A stretch of 64,000 nucleotides of DNA from Spirochaetaceae bacterium (lineage in GTDB: Bacteria; Spirochaetota; Spirochaetia; DSM-27196; SLAA01), in contig REEM01000143.1 of NCBI GenBank assembly GCA_007695055.1, forward strand, positions 3,812-67,811, written 5' to 3'. Every line of letters begins with the position of its first letter. Within the stretch, counting starts at the first letter, position 1. The translations under genes and the position numbers were made by a program. Under the pieces are notes generated by a model, which ran no database searches, was not told the DNA's origin, and worked only from the letters and a program-made list of their open reading frames with translations. Positions 1 through 10,198 of the stretch are shown here, piece by piece.

Positions 1-1317
1 ACTCATTCGCTCCTTGGCAATTCGCTCCATACGAGCAAAAGCAGTCTTGAGCTGGTTGGCTAGCAACTCGCCAACCGAACGCACACGCCTATTTCCAAGG
101 TGGTCTATATCGTCAACGTTGGCCTCGCCAATATACACCTGCACGAGGTAGCGCATGGTGTTCACGATATCCTCACGGGTGAGGATATGATCCTCAACCG
201 GGTCGTCATAATTAAACTTCTTGTTGAGTTTGTAACGCCCTACCCTACCAAGATCATAACGCCTCGTCGTGAAGAACATAGAGTTGAAGTCTTTGTCCGC
301 ACTCTCTATCGTTATGGGCTCACCCGGCATGAGCACCGCGTAGACACTCGAAAGAGCGTCTTCCTTAGAGGGCTCATCCTTGTCACCGTCTTCTCGGGCA
401 AACTTGGACTCTTCGCGCTCGAAACAGTTGAGAATGATCTCGGAATGTAGTGAGTCGGAGTTACCGGTCTCGATGACGGTCACCTCATCTACACTACTAT
501 GAATAAGTGCATCTACATCATGCGGGTGGATCTTCTCACCGGCACGATAGAGTTTCTTCTTTTGTCCTTCCTCGGTGACAAAAACCTCGCGTGCGAACAC
601 CGCACCGACCAAGGCTTCTTTTGCCTCCGGTTCGTCCTTAACAGGCATAACCAGTGTTTTGTAGAACAGATCAATGATCTTCTCACGAGTGTCAAATCCC
701 AAAGCTCGAAGGAAAATGGTTCCAAGAATTCTTTTCTTTCGGTCAACTTTGGCATAGATCAGCTCTTTCTTCTGATCAATTTCAAACTCAAGCCATGATC
801 CACGGTAAGGAATAATCCGTGATGAGTAGATGCCTTTCTCATGGGAAAAAATGACGCCAGGACTCCGATGTATCTGGCTAACTACCACTCGCTCGGCACC
901 GTTGATAACAAAGGTACCGCGATCGGTCATAAGGGGAATGTCTCCCATGTAAATATCTTTTTGACGAATCTCGCCTGTTTCAAGAAAAATTAGATTGATT
1001 CGCGCCTTCACCGAGGCAGCATAGGTTATCGCCTTCTGCTTACATTCCATTTCGTTCAGCTTGGATGCTGCTTCGTCAAGGATGTAGTGATCGTACTCGA
1101 GGCGCATATCGCCACTTTGACTCTCTATAGGAAAGGTGCCTTGAAAAACTTCTTCGAGCCCTTGCAACAACGGAGCTTCACCCGCCAGCATATGCTCGCG
1201 CTGCAAAAATCTCTCAAAAGATGCCAACTGTATATCAACCAGGTTCGGCAACTCCATGACTTCGTTACTTCCGGCCCCAACTCTGAGACGGTTTATATCT
1301 TTCCTACGATCGAACAT
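1..1317 (-). CDS. rpoB: DNA-directed RNA polymerase subunit beta, N-terminal part (continues beyond window start)
   Basis: The minus frame is open from the window edge to the ATG (revcomp of cat at 1315-1317). It is absent from the ORF track because it is truncated. Hand translation MFDRRKDINRLRVGAGSNEVMELPNLVDIQLASFERFLQ...GDIPLMTDRGTFVINGAERVVVSQIHRSPGV is a typical RpoB N-terminus. It lies directly downstream of rplL as in the conserved cluster. Confidence 0.93.
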   Translation of the reverse strand, partial: MFDRRKDINRLRVGAGSNEVMELPNLVDIQLASFERFLQREHMLAGEAPLLQGLEEVFQGTFPIESQSGDMRLEYDHYILDEAASKLNEMECKQKAITYAASVKARINLIFLETGEIRQKDIYMGDIPLMTDRGTFVINGAERVVVSQIHRSPGVIFSHEKGIYSSRIIPYRGSWLEFEIDQKKELIYAKVDRKKRILGTIFLRALGFDTREKIIDLFYKTLVMPVKDEPEAKEALVGAVFAREVFVTEEGQKKKLYRAGEKIHPHDVDALIHSSVDEVTVIETGNSDSLHSEIILNCFEREESKFAREDGDKDEPSKEDALSSVYAVLMPGEPITIESADKDFNSMFFTTRRYDLGRVGRYKLNKKFNYDDPVEDHILTREDIVNTMRYLVQVYIGEANVDDIDHLGNRRVRSVGELLANQLKTAFARMERIAKERMS

Positions 1318-1356
1318 TCACTACCTCCCGCCGCAATGAGATCCCCAAACCGGCGC

Positions 1357-1401
1357 AGAAAAAGAAGATACCGCCTGCTACCCGGTAGCCGGCGGTATCT
1401 T
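1357..1401 (-). terminator. rplL-rpoB intergenic hairpin plus U-tract (attenuator/partial terminator)
   Basis: On the minus strand, AAGATACCGCC...GGCGGTATCTT (1365-1401) forms a long GC-rich stem, followed by CTTTTTCT. The position between rplL and rpoB matches the classical attenuator location. Confidence 0.6.
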
Positions 1402-1435
1402 GAGATTACGCTATAAAACTTTCCCGATGCGATGA

Positions 1436-1828
1436 TTACTGAACTTCAACCGTAGCGCCCGCTGCCTCAAGCTTCTCCTTGATGGTTGCTGCCTCGTCTT
1501 TCGAGACACCTTCCTTAACAGCCTTGCCACCGGCCTCAACAAGCTCTTTGGCTTCTTTGAGACCCAAACCAGTGATCGCACGTACTTCCTTGATAACAGG
1601 AATCTTCTTGCCTTCCTCTATGCCCTGGAGAATTACGTTAAACTCGGTCTGCTCCTCAGCTGCTTCAGCGGCCTCACCACCGCCACCGCCACCTGCGGCC
1701 GCGACAGCTACCGGAGCTGCTGCAGTAACTCCGAACTTCTCTTCCATAGCCTTTACCAGCTCGGAAACCTCGAGCACGGTCATTCCCGCGATCGCATCTA
1801 GAATCTCATCTTTACCAAGTGTTGCCAT
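1436..1828 (-). CDS. rplL: 50S ribosomal protein L7/L12
   Basis: Track ORF 1436..1867. The likely start is the internal ATG at 1828 ([34 protein letters not shown]), preceded by AAGGAGAAG. It has the Ala/Gly hinge and a conserved C-terminal domain. Confidence 0.95.
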   Translation of the reverse strand: MATLGKDEILDAIAGMTVLEVSELVKAMEEKFGVTAAAPVAVAAAGGGGGGEAAEAAEEQTEFNVILQGIEEGKKIPVIKEVRAITGLGLKEAKELVEAGGKAVKEGVSKDEAATIKEKLEAAGATVEVQ

Positions 1829-1976
1829 ATTAACTTCTCCTTGTTGTTTTTTCAAAAGCGATAGCATGGAACACCTTTCGGAAGACTAACGCTCTTGATT
1901 TTACTAAGAGGCACCAATCAGCGCCTCACTGTTTCAATTTCCTTTACCGATTTCTCACGAGCCCCATCAAAAGGGA

Positions 1977-2525
1977 TCAACCGGCCTGCTTTTGTTCAGC
2001 AACAGCCGCAAGGGTCCTCACCAACTTCTGTGGCACTGCATTAAGGACAATCGCAAGATTCTGCACCGGTGCTTTCATAGTCCCCATGAGCTTCGAAAGA
2101 AGTTCATCACGAGTCGGAAGCTTTGAGAACTCGGCGACCTGAGCGGCGGTGAAGATGCGCCCGTCAATAATTGCGCCCTTGAGCGCTAACGGCATGTCTT
2201 TACCGAGAGCAATGAGCTCTTTTACTACTGGGCCACTCTCCGTACGTGAGATAGCAACCGCGGTCGGACCTACGAGATACTCAGACGCGTCTGGCAACTC
2301 AAGCTGCTGAAGCGCAATGCGAACGCGCTTGTTCTTCATTACACGGTAGTCAGCACCTTTTTCTCGCAGCCTTCCGCGCAGATCGGTGATCTGCCCTACC
2401 GTCAAGCCACGGTAGTCAGTAAACACGAGGTCAGGAGAGTCGGCGAAGCGTGACTTCACGTAGTCTACACTGTCTACCTTTTCTTGATTAATTTTTGTTA
2501 CGTACTCTGCTGTGTACTCAGCCAT
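1977..2525 (-). CDS. rplJ: 50S ribosomal protein L10
   Basis: Track ORF 1977..2576. The likely start is the ATG at 2525 (MAEYTAEYVTKINQEKV...), preceded by GAGGA. It is L10-like and sits between rplA and rplL. Confidence 0.92.
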   Translation of the reverse strand: MAEYTAEYVTKINQEKVDSVDYVKSRFADSPDLVFTDYRGLTVGQITDLRGRLREKGADYRVMKNKRVRIALQQLELPDASEYLVGPTAVAISRTESGPVVKELIALGKDMPLALKGAIIDGRIFTAAQVAEFSKLPTRDELLSKLMGTMKAPVQNLAIVLNAVPQKLVRTLAAVAEQKQAG

Positions 2526-2535
2526 TTCGCTATCC

Positions 2536-3225
2536 TCACTTCGCCTTGGACTCAACCGGGTCAACAACTCTGACACCGGGGCCCATCGTGGACGACACCG
2601 CTATGCTGCGAACAAAATCACCCTTGGTGTCGGCCGGGCGTCGCTTTTTCACCTCGGAAACAACCTCTCGGATGTTCTCAAGCACTTTGTCACTATCCAT
2701 GGATACCCTACCGACCGCAAGGTGCAACACACCCGTCTTGTCGGAACGAAACTCAACCCGCCCCTTTCGGAGCTCTTCAAGAGCTTCCTTAATCTCAAAG
2801 GTAACCGTTTGCGTCTTAGGATTCGGCATGAGGCCACGACGACCAAGAATTGGGCCAAGCCGTCCGACATCCTTCATCATGTCCGGCGTCGCCACCGCAA
2901 CATCGAAATCAAGCCAACCACCCTTGATCTTCTCAATCAAGTCGTCGTCACCGACATAGGCCGCACCGGCTTCCTCTGCTTCTTTTGCCTTATCTCCTTT
3001 CGCAAACACGAGAATTTTCTTCTCGGTGCGAAACTGATGCGGCAACACAAGTGTGTCACGCACCGAAGCACTCTTCTTCAGATTCAACCGCATGGAGATC
3101 TCAATAGTTTCATCAAACTTTGCAAAGGCCAGTTCTTTTACCAGATCTACCGCTTCCTGCGGTTCGTAGGTACGCGTCCTTTCAACGCGTTCAATTGCCT
3201 TTCGGTAATTCTTTCCGCGTTTCAT
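2536..3225 (-). CDS. rplA: 50S ribosomal protein L1
   Basis: 229 aa, [31 protein letters not shown]..., a typical L1. It follows rplK. Confidence 0.95.
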   Translation of the reverse strand: MKRGKNYRKAIERVERTRTYEPQEAVDLVKELAFAKFDETIEISMRLNLKKSASVRDTLVLPHQFRTEKKILVFAKGDKAKEAEEAGAAYVGDDDLIEKIKGGWLDFDVAVATPDMMKDVGRLGPILGRRGLMPNPKTQTVTFEIKEALEELRKGRVEFRSDKTGVLHLAVGRVSMDSDKVLENIREVVSEVKKRRPADTKGDFVRSIAVSSTMGPGVRVVDPVESKAK

Positions 3226-3226
3226 A

Positions 3227-3658
3227 CTACGCCTCCACCTCTACACCCATACTTCGGGCGGTACCGGCAATGATCTTCATTGCACCTGCCATGTCGTTTG
3301 CATTCAGATCCGGCATTTTCAGCTCAGCAATTTCCTGAACCTGAGCCTTCGTCAGCTTACCGACCTTGATTTTGTGAGGCTCAGCAGATCCACTCTCTTT
3401 CTTCAGAGCCTTCTTGATGAGCACCGCCGCAGGTGGAGTCTTTGTTATAAAGGTGAAACTCCGGTCAGCGTAGACCGTTATCACAACCGGAATCGTAAGA
3501 CCGGCCTCCAGGTTCTTCGTGACCTCATTAAACTGCTGCACGAATTGTGGCGCGCTGACACCATGAGGGCCAAGCGCTGGACCGACAGGGGGCGCCGGTG
3601 TGGCTTTTCCTGCCGGAACCTGCAGCTTAATTATTGCCGCAACCTTTTTCTTTGCCAT
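3227..3658 (-). CDS. rplK: 50S ribosomal protein L11
   Basis: Track ORF 3227..3757. The conserved N-terminus [30 protein letters not shown] starts at the ATG at 3658. Confidence 0.95.
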   Translation of the reverse strand: MAKKKVAAIIKLQVPAGKATPAPPVGPALGPHGVSAPQFVQQFNEVTKNLEAGLTIPVVITVYADRSFTFITKTPPAAVLIKKALKKESGSAEPHKIKVGKLTKAQVQEIAELKMPDLNANDMAGAMKIIAGTARSMGVEVEA

Positions 3659-3782
3659 GTGTATTCTCCGTTCGTGGTATTGACGCCGCGTGTGAGGCAA
3701 CTCACACTCGACTCCCATCCGCCAACAACAACGTTGCCAGCCATTGAAACACAACATCCGGACCGAGGCCCGGATGCTATAG

Positions 3783-4337
3783 TCAGATTCTTTCTACTTG
3801 GACGAAGTCGACCTCAACCGGGGTTGATCGCCCAAAGATTGGCACCATCACCCGCAGCTTACCCTTCTCCACGTTTACTTCCTCCACCTCACCGGTGAAG
3901 GTCTGGAAGGGGCCGCCGACAATTCGAACTGTTTCGCCAATGACGTAAGACTCTTTTGGTTTTGGAGCCTTATCACCCTTGATCTCTCCAGTCTTCTGGA
4001 GTATCTCCCGCGCCTCCTCACCCGAAATGGGCTGAGGCTTTGCGCCCGGTGCGGCACCGACAAACCCGGTAACACCATTTATCTTCTTGATTTCGGAACA
4101 AACCATTTTCCAACCGATATCCGGAAGATCCATCTCTAGGAGAATATACCCAGGGAGGAATTTTTTGGTTGTGACGCGCTTCTTGCCACCACGAACCTCA
4201 ACGACCTGTTCCGAGGGCACCTTGATATCCGTCAAGGCCTCTCCGATACGCCCATCTTCCATCATAATTCGGAGCGTCTTCTCTATTTTGTTCTCGTAAC
4301 CGGAGTAGGTATGGAGTACGTACCAGCCTTTAGCCAT
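3783..4337 (-). CDS. nusG: Transcription termination/antitermination factor NusG
   Basis: 184 aa, [22 protein letters not shown]..., with an NGN domain and a C-terminal KOW domain ([21 protein letters not shown]). Confidence 0.94.
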   Translation of the reverse strand: MAKGWYVLHTYSGYENKIEKTLRIMMEDGRIGEALTDIKVPSEQVVEVRGGKKRVTTKKFLPGYILLEMDLPDIGWKMVCSEIKKINGVTGFVGAAPGAKPQPISGEEAREILQKTGEIKGDKAPKPKESYVIGETVRIVGGPFQTFTGEVEEVNVEKGKLRVMVPIFGRSTPVEVDFVQVERI

Positions 4338-4393
4338 ATCGCGATCCTTTGCAGCACTCGAGACGCCTTAACGGCGACTTGAGGAAACGGGTG

Positions 4394-4573
4394 TTAAAAA
4401 ATGAAGTCCACAGCCGCAAGAAGGAGAAAGTCGACCAAGCCGAGAACAATTGCAAATATTGCAACCGAAATTAAGACAAGCTTGGTATTGGACCGCACCT
4501 CGTCACGGCTAGGCCACACAACCTTTCTGAGTTCGGCATGGCTATCTTTGATAAACGTAATGATCTTTTTCAT
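4394..4573 (-). CDS. secE: Preprotein translocase subunit SecE
   Basis: Track ORF 4394..4633. The likely start is the ATG at 4573 (MKKIITFIKDSHAELRKVVWPSRDEV...), followed by one C-terminal TM helix. It lies upstream of nusG. Confidence 0.88.
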   Translation of the reverse strand: MKKIITFIKDSHAELRKVVWPSRDEVRSNTKLVLISVAIFAIVLGLVDFLLLAAVDFIF

Positions 4574-4648
4574 TCCCACCCCTTTTCGGCGATGCAGCCG
4601 GCGACGAGCAGACACGCAACAATTGGAAGGCAATTCCTGAGGGACAAA

Positions 4649-4722
4649 CAGGCCAGGTAGGATTCGAACCTACAACATCCGGTTTTGGAGACCGGCGCTC
4701 TAGCCGTTGGAGCTACTGGCCT
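4649..4722 (-). tRNA. tRNA-Trp (anticodon CCA)
   Basis: Hand-folded cloverleaf: AGGCCAG/CTGGCCT acceptor, GCTC/GAGC D stem, CCGGT-CTCCAAA-ACCGG anticodon arm, GTAGG-TTCGAAT-CCTAC T arm. No encoded CCA. It is in the conserved position upstream of secE. Confidence 0.9.
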
Positions 4723-4761
4723 AAAAAGTGCTGAGCAACTAAGTCGCCTAACACCATTTAT

Positions 4762-4938
4762 CTACTTAACTTTCGCTTCCTTATGAAGGGTGTGCTTACG
4801 CTCGAAGGAGCAGTACTTCTTGAGCTCTAGTTTACCCTGCATATTCCGCTTGTTCTTCTTTGTGCTATAGTTCTTTCTCTTACAGCTTTCACACTGCAGG
4901 GCGATGATTTCTACAGCTTTGCCCTTCGCTTTAGCCAT
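4762..4938 (-). CDS. rpmG: 50S ribosomal protein L33
   Basis: Not in the track (58 aa). Hand translation: MAKAKGKAVEIIALQCESCKRKNYSTKKNKRNMQGKLELKKYCSFERKHTLHKEAKVK*. This is the L33 pattern (CxxC...KLEL.KYC...KHT.H.E.K). AAGGA precedes the ATG. Confidence 0.9.
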   Translation of the reverse strand: MAKAKGKAVEIIALQCESCKRKNYSTKKNKRNMQGKLELKKYCSFERKHTLHKEAKVK

Positions 4939-5054
4939 TCCTTACTCCCTACCGTCACACGCGGAACGTGTAGTATAGCGAAGACACCATACCTACGTCA
5001 ACGTCGGTGAGCTGCTGCACATCTATTACTCGCATAATTACGCCTATGGCGCAT

Positions 5055-5126
5055 AGCCCTCGATCGGATTTGAACCGATGACCCCATCCTTACCATGGAT
5101 GTGCTCTACCACTGAGCTACAAGGGC
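5055..5126 (-). tRNA. tRNA-Thr (anticodon GGT)
   Basis: Hand-folded: GCCCTTG/CGAGGGC acceptor, GCTC/GAGC D stem, CATCC-ATGGTAA-GGATG anticodon arm, ATCGG-TTCAAAT-CCGAT T arm. Confidence 0.88.
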
Positions 5127-5202
5127 AAGTAATTGCACGTGGGCGCAACATTAACAGAATTAAGCACTAGGGTCAAGCAGTACGGCACGATAAATGCTAG
5201 CG

Positions 5203-5709
5203 CTATTGCATGGCCTGCTTTATTACCTCGACCCAGTCATGGATCCTTGAGGTCGTCATGTTGGCCTGATTATCCTCATCGATTACGAGTCCAAGAAATC
5301 GCTTGCTCTGAACCGCTTTTGAGGCCGAAAACGTGTATCCTTCGGTGGGGGTTTCTCCGACAATACGGCCTCCACGCTCGATCACTTTCTCTGCAAGCGG
5401 CCGCATACAGTCCACAAAGTTATCTGGATAGTTTTGCTGATCTCCCAAAGCCATAATCGCTACCGTTTTGCCATTAAAGTCAATACTGTTCAGGCTGGGA
5501 AAGAACTCCTCCCAATCATCTTGCAAGTCTCCCGTCCCCCAGGTTGAGACGGAAAACACGATCTTGTCATAAGCCTGCATGTCGCTGGCGGTCGTTTCAC
5601 GAATATCATGCATCTCCGCCTGGTTCTTCCCCAAGGCCTCGTAGAGCTTTAGCGTAACATCGCGGGTGTTTCCAGTGGTCGAACCATAGAAAATGCCTAT
5701 TTTATTCAT
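5203..5709 (-). CDS. fldA: Flavodoxin (long-chain)
   Basis: Track ORF 5203..5787. The conserved start MNKIGIFYGSTTGNTRDV (FMN phosphate-binding loop) is at 5709. The TWGTGDLQDDW motif is present. Confidence 0.9.
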   Translation of the reverse strand: MNKIGIFYGSTTGNTRDVTLKLYEALGKNQAEMHDIRETTASDMQAYDKIVFSVSTWGTGDLQDDWEEFFPSLNSIDFNGKTVAIMALGDQQNYPDNFVDCMRPLAEKVIERGGRIVGETPTEGYTFSASKAVQSKRFLGLVIDEDNQANMTTSRIHDWVEVIKQAMQ

Positions 5710-5861
5710 ATAACGTTCTCCCTCGCTTGCGCAGCATCTGAGGATAAGTCGAGTGAAGTATGTCTCCGATAATAGTGGAAGGCCCATGTACCGTCAACAT
5801 CATGGGTCAGAGAGAGTGAAAAAGAGGCCGTGAACTGCTAGCCTTCACCCAGTATAGGACA

Positions 5862-6788
5862 TTAATCCCTTAGTGACTCTACGAGTTCAGCCAGAACACG
5901 CTCGGCTTCCTCGTTAGGCACCTGACAGGTGCCAGCCGCATGGTGCCCCCCTCCATCGTACTTGAGCATCAGCTCTCCCACGTTAACCTTGGATGACTTG
6001 TCAAAAATGCTCTTGCCAATGGTGAAAACGGTATTCTGATGTTTAAACCCCCAGATTACCTGAACTGATATGTTTGTCGATGGAAATAGCGCGTACTTAA
6101 TAAAACGATTACCGGCGTAAATTGGATCCTGTCCTCTGGTATCAACAACCAAGACGTTCGCCTCTACGCGAGAGCATTTTCGCAACTGCTTCTTAAACAT
6201 CGCCTCGTGCTCGAAATACAGTTTGACCCGTTCTTTGACATCGTCAAGCGCCAGAATCTCTTCAATACTATATTCACGGCAGTACTCAATAAGGTCCATC
6301 ATGAGCTGGTAGTTGGAGATGCGGAAATTCTTAAAACGTCCAAGACCGGTGCGGGCATCCATGATGAAGTTCAGTAGGTTCCAGCGTTCCGGGTACAACA
6401 CTTCATCCATGGTGAAGTCGGCACTGTCTCCTTTGTCGACCGCTCGCATCATTTCCTCGGAAATATCGGTAAACTTCTCCTCACCACCGTAGTAGTCGTA
6501 GATTACTCGTGCAGCTGAAGGAGCGTCAGGAACAATGACGTGGTTTCCATGCTCGCCTGACCTCACGGACTCGGAAGAATGATGGTCAAAACAGAGCGCG
6601 ACCCCCTCGACATATGGCAAGTTTGCGGTTATGTCGCGGTCGCTAAGGGCAACTAAGCCGTCCTGCATATCCTTTGGGTGGACAAACTTGATCTCGTCGA
6701 TCATGTCTAATGCACGAAAAAGGACGGCGCATACCAAGCCGTCGAAGTCGCTCCGTGTAATCAGTCGATATTTTTCTGTGGATTCCAC
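5862..6788 (-). CDS. DHH/DHHA1 family phosphoesterase (NrnA/DhhP-like)
   Basis: Motifs read: DFDG (motif I), FDHH (DHH), GGGH (DHHA1, KYDGGGHHAAG). The track start at 6812 is TTG. The GTG at 6788, preceded by AGGAGA, is the more likely start. Confidence 0.8.
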   Translation of the reverse strand: MESTEKYRLITRSDFDGLVCAVLFRALDMIDEIKFVHPKDMQDGLVALSDRDITANLPYVEGVALCFDHHSSESVRSGEHGNHVIVPDAPSAARVIYDYYGGEEKFTDISEEMMRAVDKGDSADFTMDEVLYPERWNLLNFIMDARTGLGRFKNFRISNYQLMMDLIEYCREYSIEEILALDDVKERVKLYFEHEAMFKKQLRKCSRVEANVLVVDTRGQDPIYAGNRFIKYALFPSTNISVQVIWGFKHQNTVFTIGKSIFDKSSKVNVGELMLKYDGGGHHAAGTCQVPNEEAERVLAELVESLRD

Positions 6789-7011
6789 AATTACTCTCCT
6801 GCAGCTGGGCAAATGCTACTGGATACGCTACGCATTATCAAGGATAAAATGGAATACGAACCTAATTTCCCGGAAGCTGGGGCGACTATCGGCAAACACC
6901 TCCATACGCCTGACCTTGTCCGGGGACAAGGATACTCCACGCTTCCTTGATCTTTCCTTGTCCGCTTGGTATATACGAAGGACGCTAAGGACAGAGTAAA
7001 GGAAAGCACGA

Positions 7012-8118
7012 ATGAGCAAACAGGGCAACAGTCCAAAACTACCACATGGATCGGGCATAATCAGAGTGCTTGCCATTGATCTTGGCGGTACAAATGCAAG
7101 CTTTGCGATTGTAGAAACCGCCGGAGCAAAGCAGGCGATACTCAGCCGACTTGTCCTGTCCTCAGGCCAGCAGAAGAGTTTTGCCGCCGCATTGCGTACG
7201 GCGCTCCGGCATTTTGACAACGAACCGGAACTCATGGCCAGTGTAAAAGCATGCTGCGTGAGTGCAGCGGGCCCAGTAGCTGCCGGGGTATGTACCCCAA
7301 CCAATCTGCCGTATACCGTCAGCACACATGAAGTCGAGAATATCCTGAAAGTGCCATGCTCAATCATGAACGATTTCGAAGCCATTTGTTATGGTGTGCC
7401 GTTGCTTGATCTCAATGATGCGCAACAGGTTTGTAGGATTCACCTAACACAGGAGCGACAGGACAACAGCGATGGCGAGTACGGAGTCGCGGCGGTTATT
7501 GGCGCGGGTACAGGTCTTGGAATGGGCTATCTCTCCTGGGTGCCGCCAGACCTGAAGGTATTTGCTTCTGAGGGTGGGCATCTTGATTTCGCACCCTGGG
7601 ATGAGCAAAGTTCCGAGCTTGCGAGCTACCTGCAGCATGAGTTAGGCCGCTTCCCCGACAGAGAACACGCCTTGTCCGGGCCTTCCATTCCCAGGATCTA
7701 CCGCTTCATGACCTCAAGTGGCCGAGCTCCGACGAATGAACTATCGCTGCGCATAGGAAAGCTGGCGCATAATGAACAACCTGAAGCCATTGCGGCCGCG
7801 TCGGTTGGTGATGCAGCGGATCCTGGCTGCAAGGCGACCATGAGCATGTTTTTTGCGCTGTATGGGCGTCAATGTGGCGCCGCCGCTTTGCAGTTTCTTC
7901 CTAGTTACGGTGTTTTTCTTGCTGGCGGAATAGCATCGAAGAACGCGCCCGCACTTATGAGTTCACCTGAATTTGTTGAGGCCTATCTTGCAGGTTACTC
8001 CGGCAACCTGCGGCGGGAGCTTCTTGCTACACCTCTGTACATTATTCTTGACTATCAAATATCGTTACTCGGCGCAGCTCACGCAGCACGACAAAGGCTG
8101 ACGGACCCAGCCGCATAG
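7012..8118 (+). CDS. glk: Glucokinase
   Basis: 368 aa. LAIDLGGTNASFAIVE ATP-binding N-terminus, VIGAGTGLGMGYL, and FLAGGIA, typical of the Glk family. Confidence 0.85.
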   Translation: MSKQGNSPKLPHGSGIIRVLAIDLGGTNASFAIVETAGAKQAILSRLVLSSGQQKSFAAALRTALRHFDNEPELMASVKACCVSAAGPVAAGVCTPTNLPYTVSTHEVENILKVPCSIMNDFEAICYGVPLLDLNDAQQVCRIHLTQERQDNSDGEYGVAAVIGAGTGLGMGYLSWVPPDLKVFASEGGHLDFAPWDEQSSELASYLQHELGRFPDREHALSGPSIPRIYRFMTSSGRAPTNELSLRIGKLAHNEQPEAIAAASVGDAADPGCKATMSMFFALYGRQCGAAALQFLPSYGVFLAGGIASKNAPALMSSPEFVEAYLAGYSGNLRRELLATPLYIILDYQISLLGAAHAARQRLTDPAA

Positions 8119-8187
8119 TGCAACCGGGCGGGATGTCGCAACCGACGGCTTTGTACTCAGCCCTAAACCATCAAGGAGCGAGGTTTC

Positions 8188-9777
8188 ATGAACCAGAAAC
8201 TACGTGACAGAATGCAAGAACTTGGAATTGACATTCACCGCACCGAGCATATCTTGAAGGCGCTGAATGACGGTGCATATGACAATGTGCAGCCGGTAGT
8301 TGTAAAAGATATTCCGGAACTGGACGGAAACGAGGTGGTGAGCGCCTCGGGCCAGCTAACCCTACGTATTGCCGAACCAGAGTTAACCAAGCACTGGTCC
8401 GAAATCGCCCCGGAAATTGACCCAATTGCCTCAGCCCAACGTGACGGTAGCGAACTTATGTTCTCGCATGCGGCATTAAAACGACTCGGCACAGCCTTGT
8501 ATCCACGCACCGCCTTTGGAGTTCTCAACGGCGGCTCGGCAACCAGTTATGCCGACGAGAAGAAGAACCGCGGACTGAGCGAGAGCCTGTACAAGCTGCT
8601 GGCACCGGTATTTGAGCCTATGGCCGACCGTTGTCGCGGTAAGGCAAAGGGCTTAACCCCGGCATTTGTCCAACCCGACGGAAGCGAAGGCCCCACCTTT
8701 CTAGAACTGAAGATGCGCGGGCTGCTCATTCGCGCCATGGAGCACCAAACTCGGCAGCCGGTTGAGCCTCCGTCGGAACCTCTGGAGCCCTTCTTCCAGA
8801 TGACCAGCGTTCATAACGATGCCGAGATTGCGGCCGCATACAAGGGTTTTAAGACGAGCCCGCTCCTGGAGACGCTCATTAGAGAGACCGGCATTGATAT
8901 TAACGCCGCCGCCACAGGCGTGCAGCCGATGCTTGCCGCGCTGAGCCACTCTGAGGACGGCACTCCACGCCGCGTGTTTGAGTCCGCTTATGGACGGGCC
9001 AATGAGCCATTGGGGCTCCCAGGCGGCCATGGCCAGAACTTCAGTGTACTTGCGGACATCTACCGGGAGTTACGCGCGGACGGCAAGCGGCTGGCATATT
9101 TGTCAAACGTCGACAACCTTGGCGCAACGGTTGACCCAGCTACCATTGCGTATACTGCTCTTACTGGCCGCCAGGCAGCCTTTGACTTCTCCTTCCGCAC
9201 ATCGGTAGACGTGAAAGGTGGAATTCTGGTGCGCGACGACCGCGGCAGGCTGAACTGCGCCGATATTGGCCCGGCGGTCAGCCCGGACGAGGTTGCGCGT
9301 GCCGAGGCCGAGGGAAAAGCCATACTTTTTAACTGCGCCACCGGCCTGTTTAACCTGAACTACCTCACGCACAACATCGACTCTATTGTAGATAATCTGC
9401 CCATGCGAATAAGTGATCAGGACAAGGATGCCGGTCGTTATGCACAGGCGGAACAGGTTACCTGGGAAGTGCTCGGGTTACTCGATAGACCTTTGGTGTT
9501 TGGAGTGGACAAGTACCGCCGTTTCTTGGCTGCAAAACTACTGCTGGAAACGCTTATGACCAGTGGCATTTCGCTGGATCATCCCGACTACCCTCGTTCC
9601 GCGGATCCCGCCAAGGACTTCCTTGGCACCGCACAGAAACTGAACGCCGGACTTCACTGGAACCTGGAGCACAGCTATGGCATGAAGCTCTTGGGCGACC
9701 GGTGGGTTCCGAAGTCCATTGACGAACTGCAGAGCGACATAGCGAACGACATAGAGTCGGAAGAGGAAATCTCATGA
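8188..9777 (+). CDS. UDPGP-family (eukaryote-type UTP-sugar-1-phosphate) nucleotidyltransferase-like protein
   Basis: 529 aa. It has [10 protein letters not shown] (compare LNGGLGTSMG), [12 protein letters not shown], and GGHGQNF. Substrate is unknown. Its stop overlaps the hisI start (ATGA at 9774-9777). Confidence 0.6.
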   Translation: MNQKLRDRMQELGIDIHRTEHILKALNDGAYDNVQPVVVKDIPELDGNEVVSASGQLTLRIAEPELTKHWSEIAPEIDPIASAQRDGSELMFSHAALKRLGTALYPRTAFGVLNGGSATSYADEKKNRGLSESLYKLLAPVFEPMADRCRGKAKGLTPAFVQPDGSEGPTFLELKMRGLLIRAMEHQTRQPVEPPSEPLEPFFQMTSVHNDAEIAAAYKGFKTSPLLETLIRETGIDINAAATGVQPMLAALSHSEDGTPRRVFESAYGRANEPLGLPGGHGQNFSVLADIYRELRADGKRLAYLSNVDNLGATVDPATIAYTALTGRQAAFDFSFRTSVDVKGGILVRDDRGRLNCADIGPAVSPDEVARAEAEGKAILFNCATGLFNLNYLTHNIDSIVDNLPMRISDQDKDAGRYAQAEQVTWEVLGLLDRPLVFGVDKYRRFLAAKLLLETLMTSGISLDHPDYPRSADPAKDFLGTAQKLNAGLHWNLEHSYGMKLLGDRWVPKSIDELQSDIANDIESEEEIS

Positions 9778-10175
9778 GTTTGGGTGAATCAGAAAAGGTG
9801 AATCCGGAACGAAAACTGGCCCCGGATTTCTCAAAGCTCAACGGCCTGGTTGCCGCCATCGCGCAAGATGCAGCGACCGGAGAGGTGTTGATGCTGGGGT
9901 TTCAAGACCAAGAAGCCTGGGAGGCATCGCTCCGGACCGGCTTCGCCCACTATCACAGTCGTTCGCGCGGGCGGCTGTGGAAAAAGGGCGAGAGCTCAGG
10001 AAACGTGCAGCGGATTATTGAGATTCGTCTAGATTGTGACCAGGACGCGGTTCTCATGATAGTGGAACAACAGGGCGGAGTTGCCTGTCATACCGGCCGA
10101 CGCAGCTGCTTTTTTAATAAGGTGGAAGGTGCGAATCTGGTCGTGAGTGAGTCTCCGGCCGGGTCTGGATTATGA
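9774..10175 (+). CDS. hisI: Phosphoribosyl-AMP cyclohydrolase
   Basis: 133 aa. [57 protein letters not shown] is the HisI signature. Confidence 0.88.
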   Translation: MSLGESEKVNPERKLAPDFSKLNGLVAAIAQDAATGEVLMLGFQDQEAWEASLRTGFAHYHSRSRGRLWKKGESSGNVQRIIEIRLDCDQDAVLMIVEQQGGVACHTGRRSCFFNKVEGANLVVSESPAGSGL

Positions 10176-10198
10176 ATATCCGAGGACGTATGAATACC

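Noticed and set aside
2512-3273. 253-aa + ORF, with further + ORFs at 1479..1889, 2495..2959 and 3374..3898
   Set aside because: They are antisense to rplL, rplJ, rplA and rplK, whose identities are certain.
6828-7385. 185-aa minus ORF
   Set aside because: It is antisense to the 5' part of glk and the divergent promoter region, and it has no motifs.
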